A stretch of 64,000 bases of DNA from contig JAUCBJ010008860.1 of the NCBI GenBank assembly GCA_032718475.1, forward strand, positions 23,024 through 87,023, written 5' to 3'. Positions 1 to 11,970 of this stretch are shown one piece after another. This stretch comes from Nemertoderma westbladi (Eukaryota; Animalia; Xenacoelomorpha). The notes beneath the pieces are model-generated. The model had not been told where the DNA came from and made no database searches. It was given only the letters and a program-made list of their open reading frames with translations. Numbering within the stretch: position 1 is the first letter of the stretch; every line of letters starts with the position of its first letter. A program made the translations under genes and the position numbers.

Positions 1-310
1 TCAGACACCATCAGTGCAATGGTCTCCCGCTAGAGGGCCACATGTCTAAACATTAAATGCCCTCCCATTTCTTTGCTTTTAATCCGTTTAAGCTGAAACT
101 TGGCAGATATGTATTAGACCATTAGCTGTGACTTTCAAAGGAGGCGAATCCATCTGCAGTTCTCCAGTCTGCCGCTAGAGGGCCAAAGGTCTGAAAGTGA
201 AAACAACTAACGACGACAACTATTTGCATAAATTGACCCACCCCCTAACAGTGTCAATTCGCTAAGGCTTCGCCAACTTCGTGCTGCGCGAAGTCCCCAC
301 TTCGTGTATT
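1..310. mobile_element. Probable non-autonomous element end (Helentron/HINE-like), running off the window start
   Basis: Two copies of CCGCTAGAGGGCCA (27-40, 172-185) and a short subterminal hairpin CTTCGTGC-T-GCGCGAAG (~277-293). The family assignment is inference only. Confidence 0.3.
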
Positions 311-520
311 GTTTGATTACTGTCTGGGTTGCAGATGGATTTTAAAGTCGTTTTAGAGGTTTAGATAAGACGCCATTTGATTGGTCCGAGCGACCGGGCT
401 AACTTAAATCTGCCAAACAAGGATCGGGTCAACAGCAATACGTTGCCTAATAGCACCCAAACTGTTTGACTCCAGAGCAATAGCGGAATTAGCTTAAACC
501 AACAAACTAATAATAAAACT

Positions 521-2640
521 GTGATTATATGTATAGGATGCTCCAACGCATACCAGTATAATGGGAGCCTTAGAAGACATGAACAATTCTGTTCTAAGTA
601 TCAAACTTTATACAACCTGAAAATCCTATCGGAACTCCCGTTTGCATCATCTACCGATGCGTTGAGAATTGGATCTAAACCCGGATCTTACCTGGATAAA
701 AATACCTGTAATATTGCGCTTTGGAATGTCGAGGGGGCCGGGTCAACCATTGATTCAACAGTGGACGACACATTCGTGTCGACCGATGCACTGTTACTTA
801 CGGAAACCCTAACAAATAGCTTGGTGATTCCAGGTTTCTCTTGTTTCAATGTAGACTCTGTGAGGGGAGATCAGGGTCGCCCACGAGGAGGTGTTTCAAT
901 TGCCGTGAACTCAAGGATCGCTACGATAAGTAAAGCCCGAAACTCCGGTGAAAATATTATTTCTGTTGAAACAGATATTTCTGTTGCACATTTCCGACCA
1001 AAAACTGAAGTATGTGAAATCTTACTAGAACTTATAAACACCATAAATGCGTCCAGAGTTAAGTGCTCAAAACCAATCTTACTGACGGGAGACTTTAACT
1101 GCCGCCTCGACAAGTCCGAGGAAAGAGGTGAAACTCTCAACTGCGGACTGCTCGGCGCTGGTTTACACTGTCTCAACGATCCAAATATAGCCACCTATCA
1201 TAGCTGGAATGGTCAGAGCCCTACAGACCTCGTCTTCGTGGACGCTTTTCTCGGTTATCCCAACGATAAACACGAAGCACCAGCGGATCTCGATCAAGAT
1301 TTTGCTTGACCATGATCGCGCGGATAGACCGCACAAGGTTGTTCAGATTCGTAAAATCGACCCCGATAAGCTCGAAGACTCTTTGAACCCGCAAGAGTTC
1401 AATAACGCCTTATCGAACGGAATCGACCAAGCTTATAATTATGTTACCTCAGCAATAACTAGCTCTAAGGCGACCAAACGCGAACGGAAGTCCAAACCAT
1501 GGTTTGATTCTACCTGTTACCAGTCTAAGATTGGATTGGGAGAACCATGGAATACTAAATATACATTATATGTAGATGTACATTACATGTATATTTAGTA
1601 TTCCATGGGAGAACCATTTCCAATCTCTCCTAAATCGTGATAAAGTTGAATAACTTCCTGAATTAGTCTTAATAACTGTGACGAGTTAGATGCTCCAATT
1701 GCTGCCACCGAACTAATTAAAGCTGTAAATGATCAGAAGAACGGAAAAGCCCCTTGGGCCCGACGGAATCACTAACGAGGTGCTTAAAACTGGATTCGGC
1801 CATTAACTTCACTTCCTAATGGTACTATTTTCGATGTGTTTTAATTTCTCGGTCCGCCCACTCGCATGGTTGACCTCATACCTCATTCCCCTCTACAAGG
1901 GAAATGGTGCAAGGTCCTCTCCGAACTCGTACCGTGGAATCGCTCTCCTTTCGAATCTGCTGAAAATCTACACTGCTATTATGGGCAACATACTCTACGC
2001 GTGGGTGGAGAGCTGCAACGTTTTGCCCAACGCCCAGTACGCCCAACGCCAGTCTATTCCAGGTGGTCGCACCTACTGTGTATTTATAGATTTCACGAAA
2101 GCTTTCGACAGTTTAGACAGGCGTCTTTTATGTTTGAAAATGTCGAGGCTGGGAATCAGCAGAAAGTTTATCACTGCGATCTGGTCGATATTAACAATAA
2201 ACTACATCTGTATATGTATCGGAGATTATGTATTAGAACCTATCTCGCAAACAAACAGGGTCATTCAGGGAGACAAACTCCCCCACTCCTCTTCAGCTTA
2301 TTCGTATCGGATCTCCCCCTTCTTCTCTACTGCGTTATGCATGGTAATCATGTATGCTGACGACCTGGTAATTGTATCCGACTCTTTAGTAGAAGTCCAG
2401 CAAAGTCTAAAGAAGCTGGAAACGTATTGCCTCCAAAACAAACTACACGTCAACCTCCTGAAGACAAAGGCAGTTAAATTCAGACGCGGCGGTCGCCTTG
2501 CCCAATCAGACGTATTATGGTACGATGGTCAGAAGATTGAATTTGCCTCATCGTTCAACTATCTAGGAGTAGTTCTATCAACAAAAAATGGTCCAAGTAG
2601 TCACTATCACCTTTACGTTCTATACTGTAATCCGCCCTAG
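521..2640 (+). pseudogene. Degraded APE-type non-LTR retrotransposon (LINE) ORF2: endonuclease plus reverse transcriptase
   Basis: Successive frameshifted ORFs carry APE motifs (WNVEG, LLLTET, GGVSI, LTGDFNC, TDLVF), PWFD, a GPDGITNEVLK remnant at ~1757-1790, and RT motifs (YRGIALLS, FIDFTKAFD, QGD, MYADD, FNYLGV). Confidence 0.9.
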
Positions 2641-3398
2641 GCTGTAACTGGTGCGGATGTAACTGGTGGGCAAATAGGTTGCTGTATACACTGAAAAAAG
2701 TAAGTGCCGGTTGATTTTTTAACCATTGGTTATGGATAGGTACTTGTGGTAGTGATTGATAAACCGGGGGTTAGTTTGGATCATACAAAAATGGCTGGTA
2801 GGCACTTCCGGTTACGATATTAAAACGGCGGTTTAAGATATATTGGTTATATTACCTGAAACGAAACCTAGTCATTGCGGAATTTTGCATAGAAAGTGAC
2901 GGTTGTATTAAAAAGGTGGTTATTAAATATTCAAACTGGCGGTTCTTATATTGATAAAAACATATAGTTTGCAAACCGGCGGTTTTTATGAAATGTAAAA
3001 ATGGTGGTTTTATAGAGTTTTATATAGAAGGAAATAATTTACTCTGTTTTCATTACAACAATTAAAGATGTCGACAGCAGTCGATGAAAACAGTTGCATA
3101 TAACAGCTCAACTCCAATTCATTTATTATAGAGAATATCATTATTATTTATAATTTTTCAATTATTTTTATATATTATTAAATTTATATAATAATTATCA
3201 ATTACTTTTTAATTTAACGAAACGAAAGTTTCATTTCGAGATTTACTTTTATTTCGTTATTCGTTTCGTTTAACATTTTTAGTTACGTTATTTTTCGTTT
3301 CGTTATGCCCTCCCTGGTGTTTAATATGTAGTAATCTAAAGCAACAAGTTGGGTAGTAAAGTCACAATGTTTTAGGTCCACTAGTGGTGGAGTGTAGA

Positions 3399-3596
3399 CT
3401 AACCGGAACCCTGTCTGGAGTGCCGTCTCACTGACGAGGTAGAGACGACACTGTGTCTGGAGGAGCCGGCTCTAGAAGACGAAGCCTCGTGGGCTACCGG
3501 GATGGTTTTCCTACGGAGTCGCTGTTTCTTACGGACGCAGTTCATCATGGTCGTGAGTAACGCCATGTACGCCTCGTAGTCGTCTTCCTCGAAAGG
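3399..3596 (-). CDS. C1orf43: C1orf43/NICE-3 homologue, last coding exon (exon 5)
   Basis: Acceptor tattTAG|CCT at 3597-3598, phase 0. Reads PFEEDDYEAYMALLTTMMNCVRKK...GSG* with TAG at 3399-3401, resembling human C1orf43 VFGQNEYLRYQEALSEL (recalled from memory). Confidence 0.8.
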   Translation of the reverse strand, partial: PFEEDDYEAYMALLTTMMNCVRKKQRLRRKTIPVAHEASSSRAGSSRHSVVSTSSVRRHSRQGSG

Positions 3597-3620
3597 CTAA
3601 ATACATTAATAAGTTCTTAT

Positions 3621-4292
3621 AATAAAATAAAGAAGGAGTTTATATGCTAGAATAAAATAAAGAAGGAGTTTATATGCTATAATAAAATAAAGAAGGAGTT
3701 TATATGCTAGAATAAAATAAAGAAGGAGTTTATATGCTAGAATAAAATAAAGAAGGAGTTTATATGCTATAATAAAATAAAGAAGGAGTTTATATGCTAG
3801 AATAAAATAAAGAAGGAGTTTATATGCTAGAATAAAATAAAGAAGGAGTTTATATGCTAGAATAAAATAAAGAAGGAGTTTATATGCAAAAATAAAATAA
3901 AGATGGAGTTTATATGCTAGAATAAAATAAAGAAGGAGTTTATATGCTAGAATAAAATAAAGAAGGAGTTTATATGCTAGAATAAAATAAAGAAGGAGTT
4001 TATATGCTAGAATAAAATAAAGAAGGAGTTTATATGCTAAAATAAAATAAAGAAGGAGTTTATATGCTAGAATAAAATAAAGAAGGAGTTTATATGCTAT
4101 AATAAAATAAAGAAGGAGTTTATATACTATAATAAAATAAAGAAGGAGTTTATATACTATAATAAAATAAAGAAGGAGTTTACATGCTATAATAAAATAA
4201 AGAAGGAGTTTATATGCTAGAATAAAATAAAGAAGGAGTTTATATGCTAGAATAAAATAAAGAAGGAGTTTATATGCTAGAATAAAATAAAG
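3621..4292. repeat. 30-bp tandem repeat AATAAAATAAAGAAGGAGTTTATATGCTAG, ~22 copies, intronic
   Basis: Visible 30-bp periodicity; starts ~22 bp from the exon 5 acceptor. Confidence 0.97.
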
Positions 4293-4293
4293 A

Positions 4294-7200
4294 TTAAATT
4301 GAAGCGTCACAGTCAATTTAAATAGAAGCGTCACAGTCAATTTAAATTGAAGCGTCACAGTCAATTTAAATTGAAGCGTCACAGTCAATTTAAATTGAAG
4401 CGTCACAGTCAATTTAAATTGAAGCGTCACAGTCAATTTAAATTGAATCGTCACAGTCAATTTAAATTGAAGCGTCACAGTCAATTTAAATTGAAGCGTC
4501 ACAGTCAATTTAAATTGAAGCGTCACAGTCAATTTAAATTGAATCGTCACAGTCAATTTAAATTGAAGCGTCACAGTCAATTTAAATTGAAGCGTCACAG
4601 TCAATTTAAATTGAAGCGTCACAGTCAATTTAAATTGAAGCGTCACAGTCAATTTAAATTGAAGCGTCACAGTCAATTTAAATTGAAGCGTCACAGTCAA
4701 TTTAAATTGAAGCGTCACAGTCAATTTAAATTGAAGCGTCACAGTCAATTTAAATTGAATCGTCACAGTCAATTTAAATTGAAGCGTCACAGTCAATTTA
4801 AATTGAAGCGTCACAGTCAATTTAAATTGAAGCGTCACAGTCAATTTAAATTGAATCGTCACAGTCAATTTAAATTGAATCGTCACAGTCAATTTAAATT
4901 GAAGCGTCACAGTCAATTTAAATTGAAGCGTCACAGTCAATTTAAATTGAAGCGTCACAGTCAATTTAAATTGAAGCGTCACAGTCAATTTAAATTGAAG
5001 CGTCACAGTCAATTTAAATTGAATCGTCACAGTCAATTTAAATTGAAGCGTCACAGTCAATTTAAATTGAATCGTCACAGTCAATTTAAATTGAAGCGTC
5101 ACAGTCAATTTAAATTGAAGCGTCGCAGTCAATTTAAATAGAAGCGTCACAGTCAATTTAAATTGAAGTGTCACAGTCAATTTAAATTGAAGCGTCACAG
5201 TCAATTTAAATTGAAGCGTCACAGTCAATTTAAATTGAATCGTCACAGTCAATTTAAATTGAAGCGTCACAGTCAATTTAAATTGAAGCGTCACAGTCAA
5301 TTTAAATTGAAGCGTCACAGTCAATTTAAATTGAATCGTCACAGTCAATTTAAATTGAAGCGTCACAGTCAATTTAAATTGAAGCGTCGCAGTCAATTTA
5401 AATAGAAGCGTCACAGTCAATTTAAATTGAAGTGTCACAGTCAATTTAAATTGAAGCGTCACAGTCAATTTAAATTGAAGCGTCACAGTCAATTTAAATA
5501 GAAGCGTCACAGTCAATTTAAATTGAAGCGTCACAGTCAATTTAAATTGAAGCGTCACAGTCAATTTAAATTGAAGCGTCACAGTCAATTTAAATTGAAG
5601 TTTCACAGTCAATTTAAATTGAAGCGTCACAGTCAATTTAAATTGAAGCGTCACAGTCAATTTAAATTGAAGCGTCACAGTCAATTTAAATTGAAGTTTC
5701 ACAGTCAATTTAAATTGAAGCGTCACAGTCAATTTAAATTGAAGCGTCACAGTCAATTTAAATTGAAGCGTCACAGTCAATTTAAATTGAAGCGTCACAG
5801 TCAATTTAAATTGAATCGTCACAGTCAATTTAAATTGAAGCGTCACAGTCAATTTAAATTGAAGCGTCACAGTCAATTTAAATTGAAGCGTCACAGTCAA
5901 TTTAAATAGAAGCGTCACAGTCAATTTAAATTGAAGCGTCACAGTCAATTTAAATTGAAGCGTCACAGTCAATTTAAATTGAAGCGTCACAGTCAATTTA
6001 AATAGAAGCGTCACAGTGAATTTAAATTGAAGCGTCACAGTCAATTTAAATTGAAGCGTCACAGTCAATTTAAATTGAAGCGTCACAGTCAATTTAAATT
6101 GAAGCGTCACAGTCAATTTAAATTGAAGCGTCACAGTCAATTTAAATAGAAGCGTCACAGTCAATTTAAATTGAATCGTCACAGTCAATTTAAATTGAAG
6201 CGTCACAGTCAATTTAAATTGAAGCGTCACAGTCAATTTAAATTGAAGCGTCACAGTCAATTTAAATTGAAGTGTCACAGTCAATTTAAATTGAAGCGTC
6301 ACAGTCAATTTAAATAGAAGCGTCACAGTCAATTTAAATTGAAGCGTCACAATCAATTTAAATTGAAGCGTCACAATCAATTTAAATTGAAGCGTCACAG
6401 TCAATTTAAATAGAAGCGTCACAGTCAATTTAAATTGAAGTTTCACAGTCAATTTAAATTGAAGCGTCACAGTCAATTTAAATTGAAGCGTCACAGTCAA
6501 TTTAAATTGAAGCGTCACAGTCAATTTAAATTGAAGCGTCACAGTCAATTTAAATTGAATCGTCACAGTCAATTTAAATTGAAGCGTCACAGTCAATTTA
6601 AATTGAAGCGTCACAGTCAATTTAAATTGAAGCGTCACAGTCAATTTAAATTGAAGCGTCACAGTCAATTTAAATTGAAGCGTCACAGTCAATTTAAATT
6701 GAAGCGTCACAGTCAATTTAAATTGAAGCGTCACAGTCAATTTAAATTGAATCGTCACAGTCAATTTAAATTGAAGCGTCACAGTCAATTTAAATTGAAG
6801 CGTCGCAGTCAATTTAAATAGAAGCGTCACAGTCAATTTAAATTGAAGTATCACAGTCAATTTAAATTGAAGCGTCACAGTCAATTTAAATTGAAGCGTC
6901 ACAGTCAATTTAAATAGAAGCGTCACAGTCAATTTAAATTGAAGCGTCACAGTCAATTTAAATTGAAGCGTCACAGTCAATTTAAATTGAAGCGTCACAG
7001 TCAATTTAAATTGAATCGTCACAGTCAATTTAAATTGAAGCGTCACAGTCAATTTAAATTGAAGCGTCGCAGTCAATTGAAATAGAAGCGTCACAGTCAA
7101 TTTAAATTGAAGTGTCACAGTCAATTTAAATTGAAGCGTCACAGTCAATTTAAATTGAAGCGTCACAGTCAATTTAAATAGAAGCGTCACAGTCAATTTA

Positions 7201-8820
7201 AATTGAAGCGTCACAGTCAATTTAAATTGAAGCGTCACAGTCAATTTAAATTGAAGCGTCACAGTCAATTTAAATTGAAGTTTCACAGTCAATTTAAATT
7301 GAAGCGTCACAGTCAATTTAAATTGAAGCGTCACAGTCAATTTAAATTGAAGCGTCACAGTCAATTTAAATTGAAGTTTCACAGTCAATTTAAATTGAAG
7401 CGTCACAGTCAATTTAAATTGAAGCGTCACAGTCAATTTAAATTGAAGCGTCACAGTCAATTTAAATTGAAGCGTCACAGTCAATTTAAATTGAATCGTC
7501 ACAGTCAATTTAAATTGAAGCGTCACAGTCAATTTAAATTGAAGCGTCACAGTCAATTTAAATTGAAGCGTCACAGTCAATTTAAATAGAAGCGTCACAG
7601 TCAATTTAAATTGAAGCGTCACAGTCAATTTAAATTGAAGCGTCACAGTCAATTTAAATTGAAGCGTCACAGTCAATTTAAATAGAAGCGTCACAGTGAA
7701 TTTAAATTGAAGCGTCACAGTCAATTTAAATTGAAGCGTCACAGTCAATTTAAATTGAAGCGTCACAGTCAATTTAAATTGAAGCGTCACAGTCAATTTA
7801 AATTGAAGCGTCACAGTCAATTTAAATAGAAGCGTCACAGTCAATTTAAATTGAATCGTCACAGTCAATTTAAATTGAAGCGTCACAGTCAATTTAAATT
7901 GAAGCGTCACAGTCAATTTAAATTGAAGCGTCACAGTCAATTTAAATTGAAGCGTCACAGTCAATTTAAATTGAAGTGTCACAGTCAATTTAAATTGAAG
8001 CGTCACAGTCAATTTAAATAGAAGCGTCACAGTCAATTTAAATTGAAGCGTCACAATCAATTTAAATTGAAGCGTCACAGTCAATTTAAATAGAAGCGTC
8101 ACAGTCAATTTAAATTGAAGTTTCACAGTCAATTTAAATTGAAGCGTCACAGTCAATTTAAATTGAAGCGTCACAGTCAATTTAAATTGAAGCGTCACAG
8201 TCAATTTAAATTGAAGAGCCACAGTCAATTTAAATTGAAGCGTCACAGTCAATTTAAATAGAAGCGTCACAGTCAATTTAAATTGAAGCGTCACAATCAA
8301 TTTAAATTGAAGCGTCACAGTCAATTTAAATAGAAGCGTCACAGTCAATTTAAATTGAATCGTCACAGTCAATTTAAATTGAAGCGTCACAGTCAATTTA
8401 AATTGAAGCGTCACAGTCAATTTAAATTGAATCGTCACAGTCAATTTAAATTGAAGCGTCACAGTCAATTTAAATTGAAGTGTCACAGTCAATTTAAATT
8501 GAAGCGTCACAGTCAATTTAAATTGAATCGTCACAGTCAATTTAAATTGAAGCGTCACAGTCAATTTAAATTGAAGTGTCACAGTCAATTTAAATTGAAG
8601 CGTCACAGTCAATTTAAATTGAAGCGTCACAGTCAATTTAAATTGAAGCGTCACAGTCAATTTAAATTGAAGCGTCACAGTCAATTTAAATTGAAGCGTC
8701 AGTCAACTTAAATTGAAGCGTCACAGTCAATTTAAATTGAAGCGTCACAGTCAATTTAAATAGAAGCGTCACAGTCAATTTAAATAGAAGCGTCACAGTC
8801 AATTTAAATTGAAGCGTCAC
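4294..8820. repeat. 24-bp minisatellite TCAATTTAAATTGAAGCGTCACAG, ~188 copies, intronic
   Basis: Visible 24-bp periodicity; each unit contains the perfect 14-bp palindrome TCAATTTAAATTGA. Confidence 0.98.
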
Positions 8821-9051
8821 ATTCAGCGTGACTGTGAGTCAATTTCAATCAATTTAAAAAAGTTTCACTGACAAATCGAAATGTTTCACACTGATTTTCA
8901 CGAGCCAACATTTGAATAAAAAACCTAAAAATGACTTATTTTTCAATTTTTAAATGACTTACTTATAAGAATTATTTTTCTTTTTTTTTCACTTAAATAT
9001 TTTTCACAATATTTTTGTGGAAATCGAAGATGGTTTAAGATAAATCCGTAC

Positions 9052-9224
9052 CTTTGGTCCATATCGCGCCTGATCGTAATACTTCCCGAATCCTTCCAAT
9101 AGCGCGCTGTCTACCCCCTTACTGAGGGGCGCGTTGTGCGAGACTCGAAGTCGGTTCAGATAGTCCGACATCGGAGCTGTCGGATCGCGACTGAACGACG
9201 GTTCCAGTTTCTTTACTTGTTTAT
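9052..9224 (-). CDS. C1orf43: C1orf43/NICE-3 homologue, exon 4
   Basis: ttttAG|AT acceptor (9225-9226) and AAG|GTACGG donor (9050-9051). 173 nt, phases 1 to 0 fit the neighbouring exons. DYLNRLR...PLSKGVDSALLEGFGKYYDQARYG resembles human SYLLDLR...PFKGVRKALIDTLLDGYETARYG. Confidence 0.88.
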
Positions 9225-9539
9225 CTAAAATAAAGATATCCGGCTCATCCCACTGCATACAGACTACCGACGCCATTCCTTCCGGAGACCAGCTGGTAGA
9301 AACCGTTTGATTATTCTCCCAGCATTGTATGAAAGTCTAGATCTCTTATGATTTTGTGGTGTAATTTTTCTCAGTGGAAATCTTGAGACTTTTTTATCAC
9401 AAAAATTAATTACTTTTACGAAATTAGCAACACAAACTGTAAAACAATTCATATGGTTGATTCCGCATTTAATTAACTGCCCAATGGATGTGGGGCGAGC
9501 CACGACGTGAGCTAAGCCTTAGCATAGGGGTACCATTAA

Positions 9540-10289
9540 GGAGGGGGGGGGGGGGGGGGGGGGGAGGTACACCATTTTCGGACAACTCTTCGATTTATCA
9601 CTCTCAGCGTTTCAAAATTGTTTGGTTTTGGGGCTATAATTTGGAATATAAGTGCCTAAGATGCTATTCTACATGACAGGTCAGAAAATTTTTTTTTTTC
9701 GCTAATTAATATTAGTTAATACTAGTTAACAATAAAAAAATCTTGGTTGCGCTTAAAACCCTAAGGCTTTTACAGTTTTGAACCTAATCACATGAAAGTT
9801 TTTTATATGATAGACCAAAGATGGGGCAACATAACTATCAGGCGAAATTTTGTAAAAATAATTCTGCACCGCTAGGTGGCGCTGCAAATTTATGCTAATT
9901 TTTAGGTTTGTTATAAATAGTATTAAATTTTATTAACAAAAAATTTCGAAAAGTTGCCTGATACTTTTATGCAGGGTTCTTATATACTTCTATCTAGACA
10001 CCCACAGGAAGTTTCAGACTAATTACTCAAAAATTGTAGAAGTAGCTGGGTTTTGAAGTTGACAATTTCATGAAAAAAATATTTGGAGATAATCGACCTT
10101 TCATTATACATAGTAATAGTAATTTCAATAGGATTCCCTAAATGGAAATTGTTCATAACTTGAAAACTAAAAGAGCTATTAAATAGCGGTTTTCAGATTT
10201 GTAAACACCATTCAATGGTGCATTATAATAGATAATAAAAAAAATTTCGACATATTTTGAACCAAAATGGTGTACCCCCCCCCCCCCCC
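9540..10289. mobile_element. Non-autonomous DNA transposon with TTAA target duplication (Kolobok-like MITE)
   Basis: TTAA at 9536-9539 and 10290-10293; TIRs G(n)TACACCATTTT / AAAATGGTGTAC(n). Purine-rich termini with TTAA fit Kolobok rather than piggyBac. Confidence 0.75.
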
Positions 10290-10763
10290 TTAACGAGTTG
10301 TCTGTCGTCGTCGTCTAATTTTTGATATCTATTAAGTCGGTTTAGAAAGATTCTGAAGTTCCATGGCGGCGTATTGTAAATACAAACAAGAGTATTCGGA
10401 TTGATTACAGCTAATCAGCTTATCTGAGTCTCATACTGGGCGAAGGCCCAACAAAAGTGCATCTCTTTGCATATATAGGAACCGTTGCATAGAACCCGGT
10501 GTTAATTAGCGAGACTCTACTCTGGTGACGTCACTCTGGTGACGTCAGATCTCCTTCAGGCTGCGCAGCGACCCGATTTAAGGGAGCCTTGATTTGTTAA
10601 CCCCTTATCAATAGTTTGTTACCGAACTTTACTGTACTACGACTATTTATTTACATATTTTTACTTTATGTTACTCCGATGTTATAAACTATATACATTA
10701 TTTTTTAATAAAACTTAATTAACACCTAATAGAATTGTGTTTCTATATTTACAATATCAGTCT

Positions 10764-10859
10764 CGCTACTCACCAAACAGATGGAATGCGTCCATCGCTA
10801 CTCACCAAACAGATGGAATGCGTCCATCGCTACTCACCAAACAGATGGAATGCGTCCAT
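10764..10859. repeat. Three tandem 32-bp copies of the exon 3 end plus splice donor
   Basis: CGCTACTCACCAAACAGATGGAATGCGTCCAT at 10764, 10796 and 10828; the minus strand reads ATGGACGCATTCCATCTGTTTG|GTGAGTAGCG. Confidence 0.95.
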
Positions 10860-11016
10860 AGCTTTCATTCTCAGCACATAACTCGGGTGTCTCCCCGTAC
10901 CGACACCCAGTTGTCGGTCCATTTGGTCCGACACGTCCGACTTACTGCCAGCCTGAGTCGAACCGCCGTCGTGTAACAACTTGGGCTCGTATTGAACGTA
11001 CTGAACTCTTTCTAAC
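10838..11016 (-). CDS. C1orf43: C1orf43/NICE-3 homologue, exon 3
   Basis: tAG|G acceptor (11017-11018) and TTG|GTGAGT donor (10836-10837). RLERVQYVQYEPKLL...YVLRMKAMDA matches human RLSRVQDIKYEPQLL...YLYRMKALDA. Confidence 0.9.
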
Positions 11017-11970
11017 CTACCGACGTCCGACATGCAAATATAATTTAATATAAGTTTAACTTCGGACGCGCCGACATTAAAATAACGAAACTGTACTTCT
11101 CAACAAACAATAGCGGCATATTAAAGTAAGTTAAAATACAAATACAAGGGAATGTCACACAGCTAGCGCAATTAAAGCTCTTTGTTTGTTATTACAATAG
11201 CAATAACTACTTATATTGATGTATGGCTGTGGATAATGTTAAAGTGACGAGGACACTGCAATAATCTTAGATATATTTAGCTTTTTATTTGGCTCCTGGA
11301 TATTGTTGGTACTTTATATTGTTTTAATTGCATTTTGTCTCAGGCTTGGCGGCCACACGATGTCTCACACCACGACGGCACTAGCCTAGCTATTAGCTAC
11401 TGTGACGGTATGATCTGCCTGCATAATCAAACATTACCGGAAGGAACAAGATAACAAGATAATCCATTATACCGTATTTATAGTTAATGCAACAAATAAA
11501 TTGAGACAGTTTGTTAGGCTATAATGTAAACGTGTGTTGTCAGAGTGCATTTCGTTGGCAATTTGTGGTCAGCGTTTCCTGTGTCAGAGGTGGTTGAGTA
11601 ATGGGTAAGTTTTGCATGGTGAGTGTGAGTCTAGATGATGTCGGGGATAGCCCTAAGAGATATGGTCTCGTTTTCATGGGGGTCCCCTTAAGGCGAGGAG
11701 GTTATCGGTATGGTCGGTGTGGTAATTGTCTGTCGGTAGTGGTAAATGTGTAGTTATAAGGCGTGTGAAGAATGGTGTAGGAATGTGTTCGAGGGGAGTG
11801 GTCGGAGTAATATAACATTTAGTATAGAGCTGTGGGGGATTGCAGTATGGTCTGTGTGGTATTGATTGGCATCGCAGAGTATCACAAATACACAATCATC
11901 GATATAAAGATTATACGAAGTTACAAACGAAATAAAATCAATGAGTTAGATTCGGTTTGAATTCGTACCT

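Noticed and set aside
2687-3060. CACTGAAAAAA-type transposon end with repeated GGCGGTT motifs
   Set aside because: Only one terminus was found, with no matching TIR or TSD.
3425-3460. CTGACGAG hammerhead-like core
   Set aside because: It is the antisense of coding exon 5, and no GAAA partner or closing stems were found.
3606-8684. 1692-aa ORF (TVTLQFKL / YFILAYKLLL repeats) and the plus-strand KRHSQFKL ORFs
   Set aside because: A by-product of 24-bp and 30-bp stop-free repeat units. There is no ATG start or unique sequence, and it lies in an intron of C1orf43.
11480-11900. Possible old LINE fragment on the minus strand
   Set aside because: The strand-biased composition is suggestive, but no diagnostic motif could be read.
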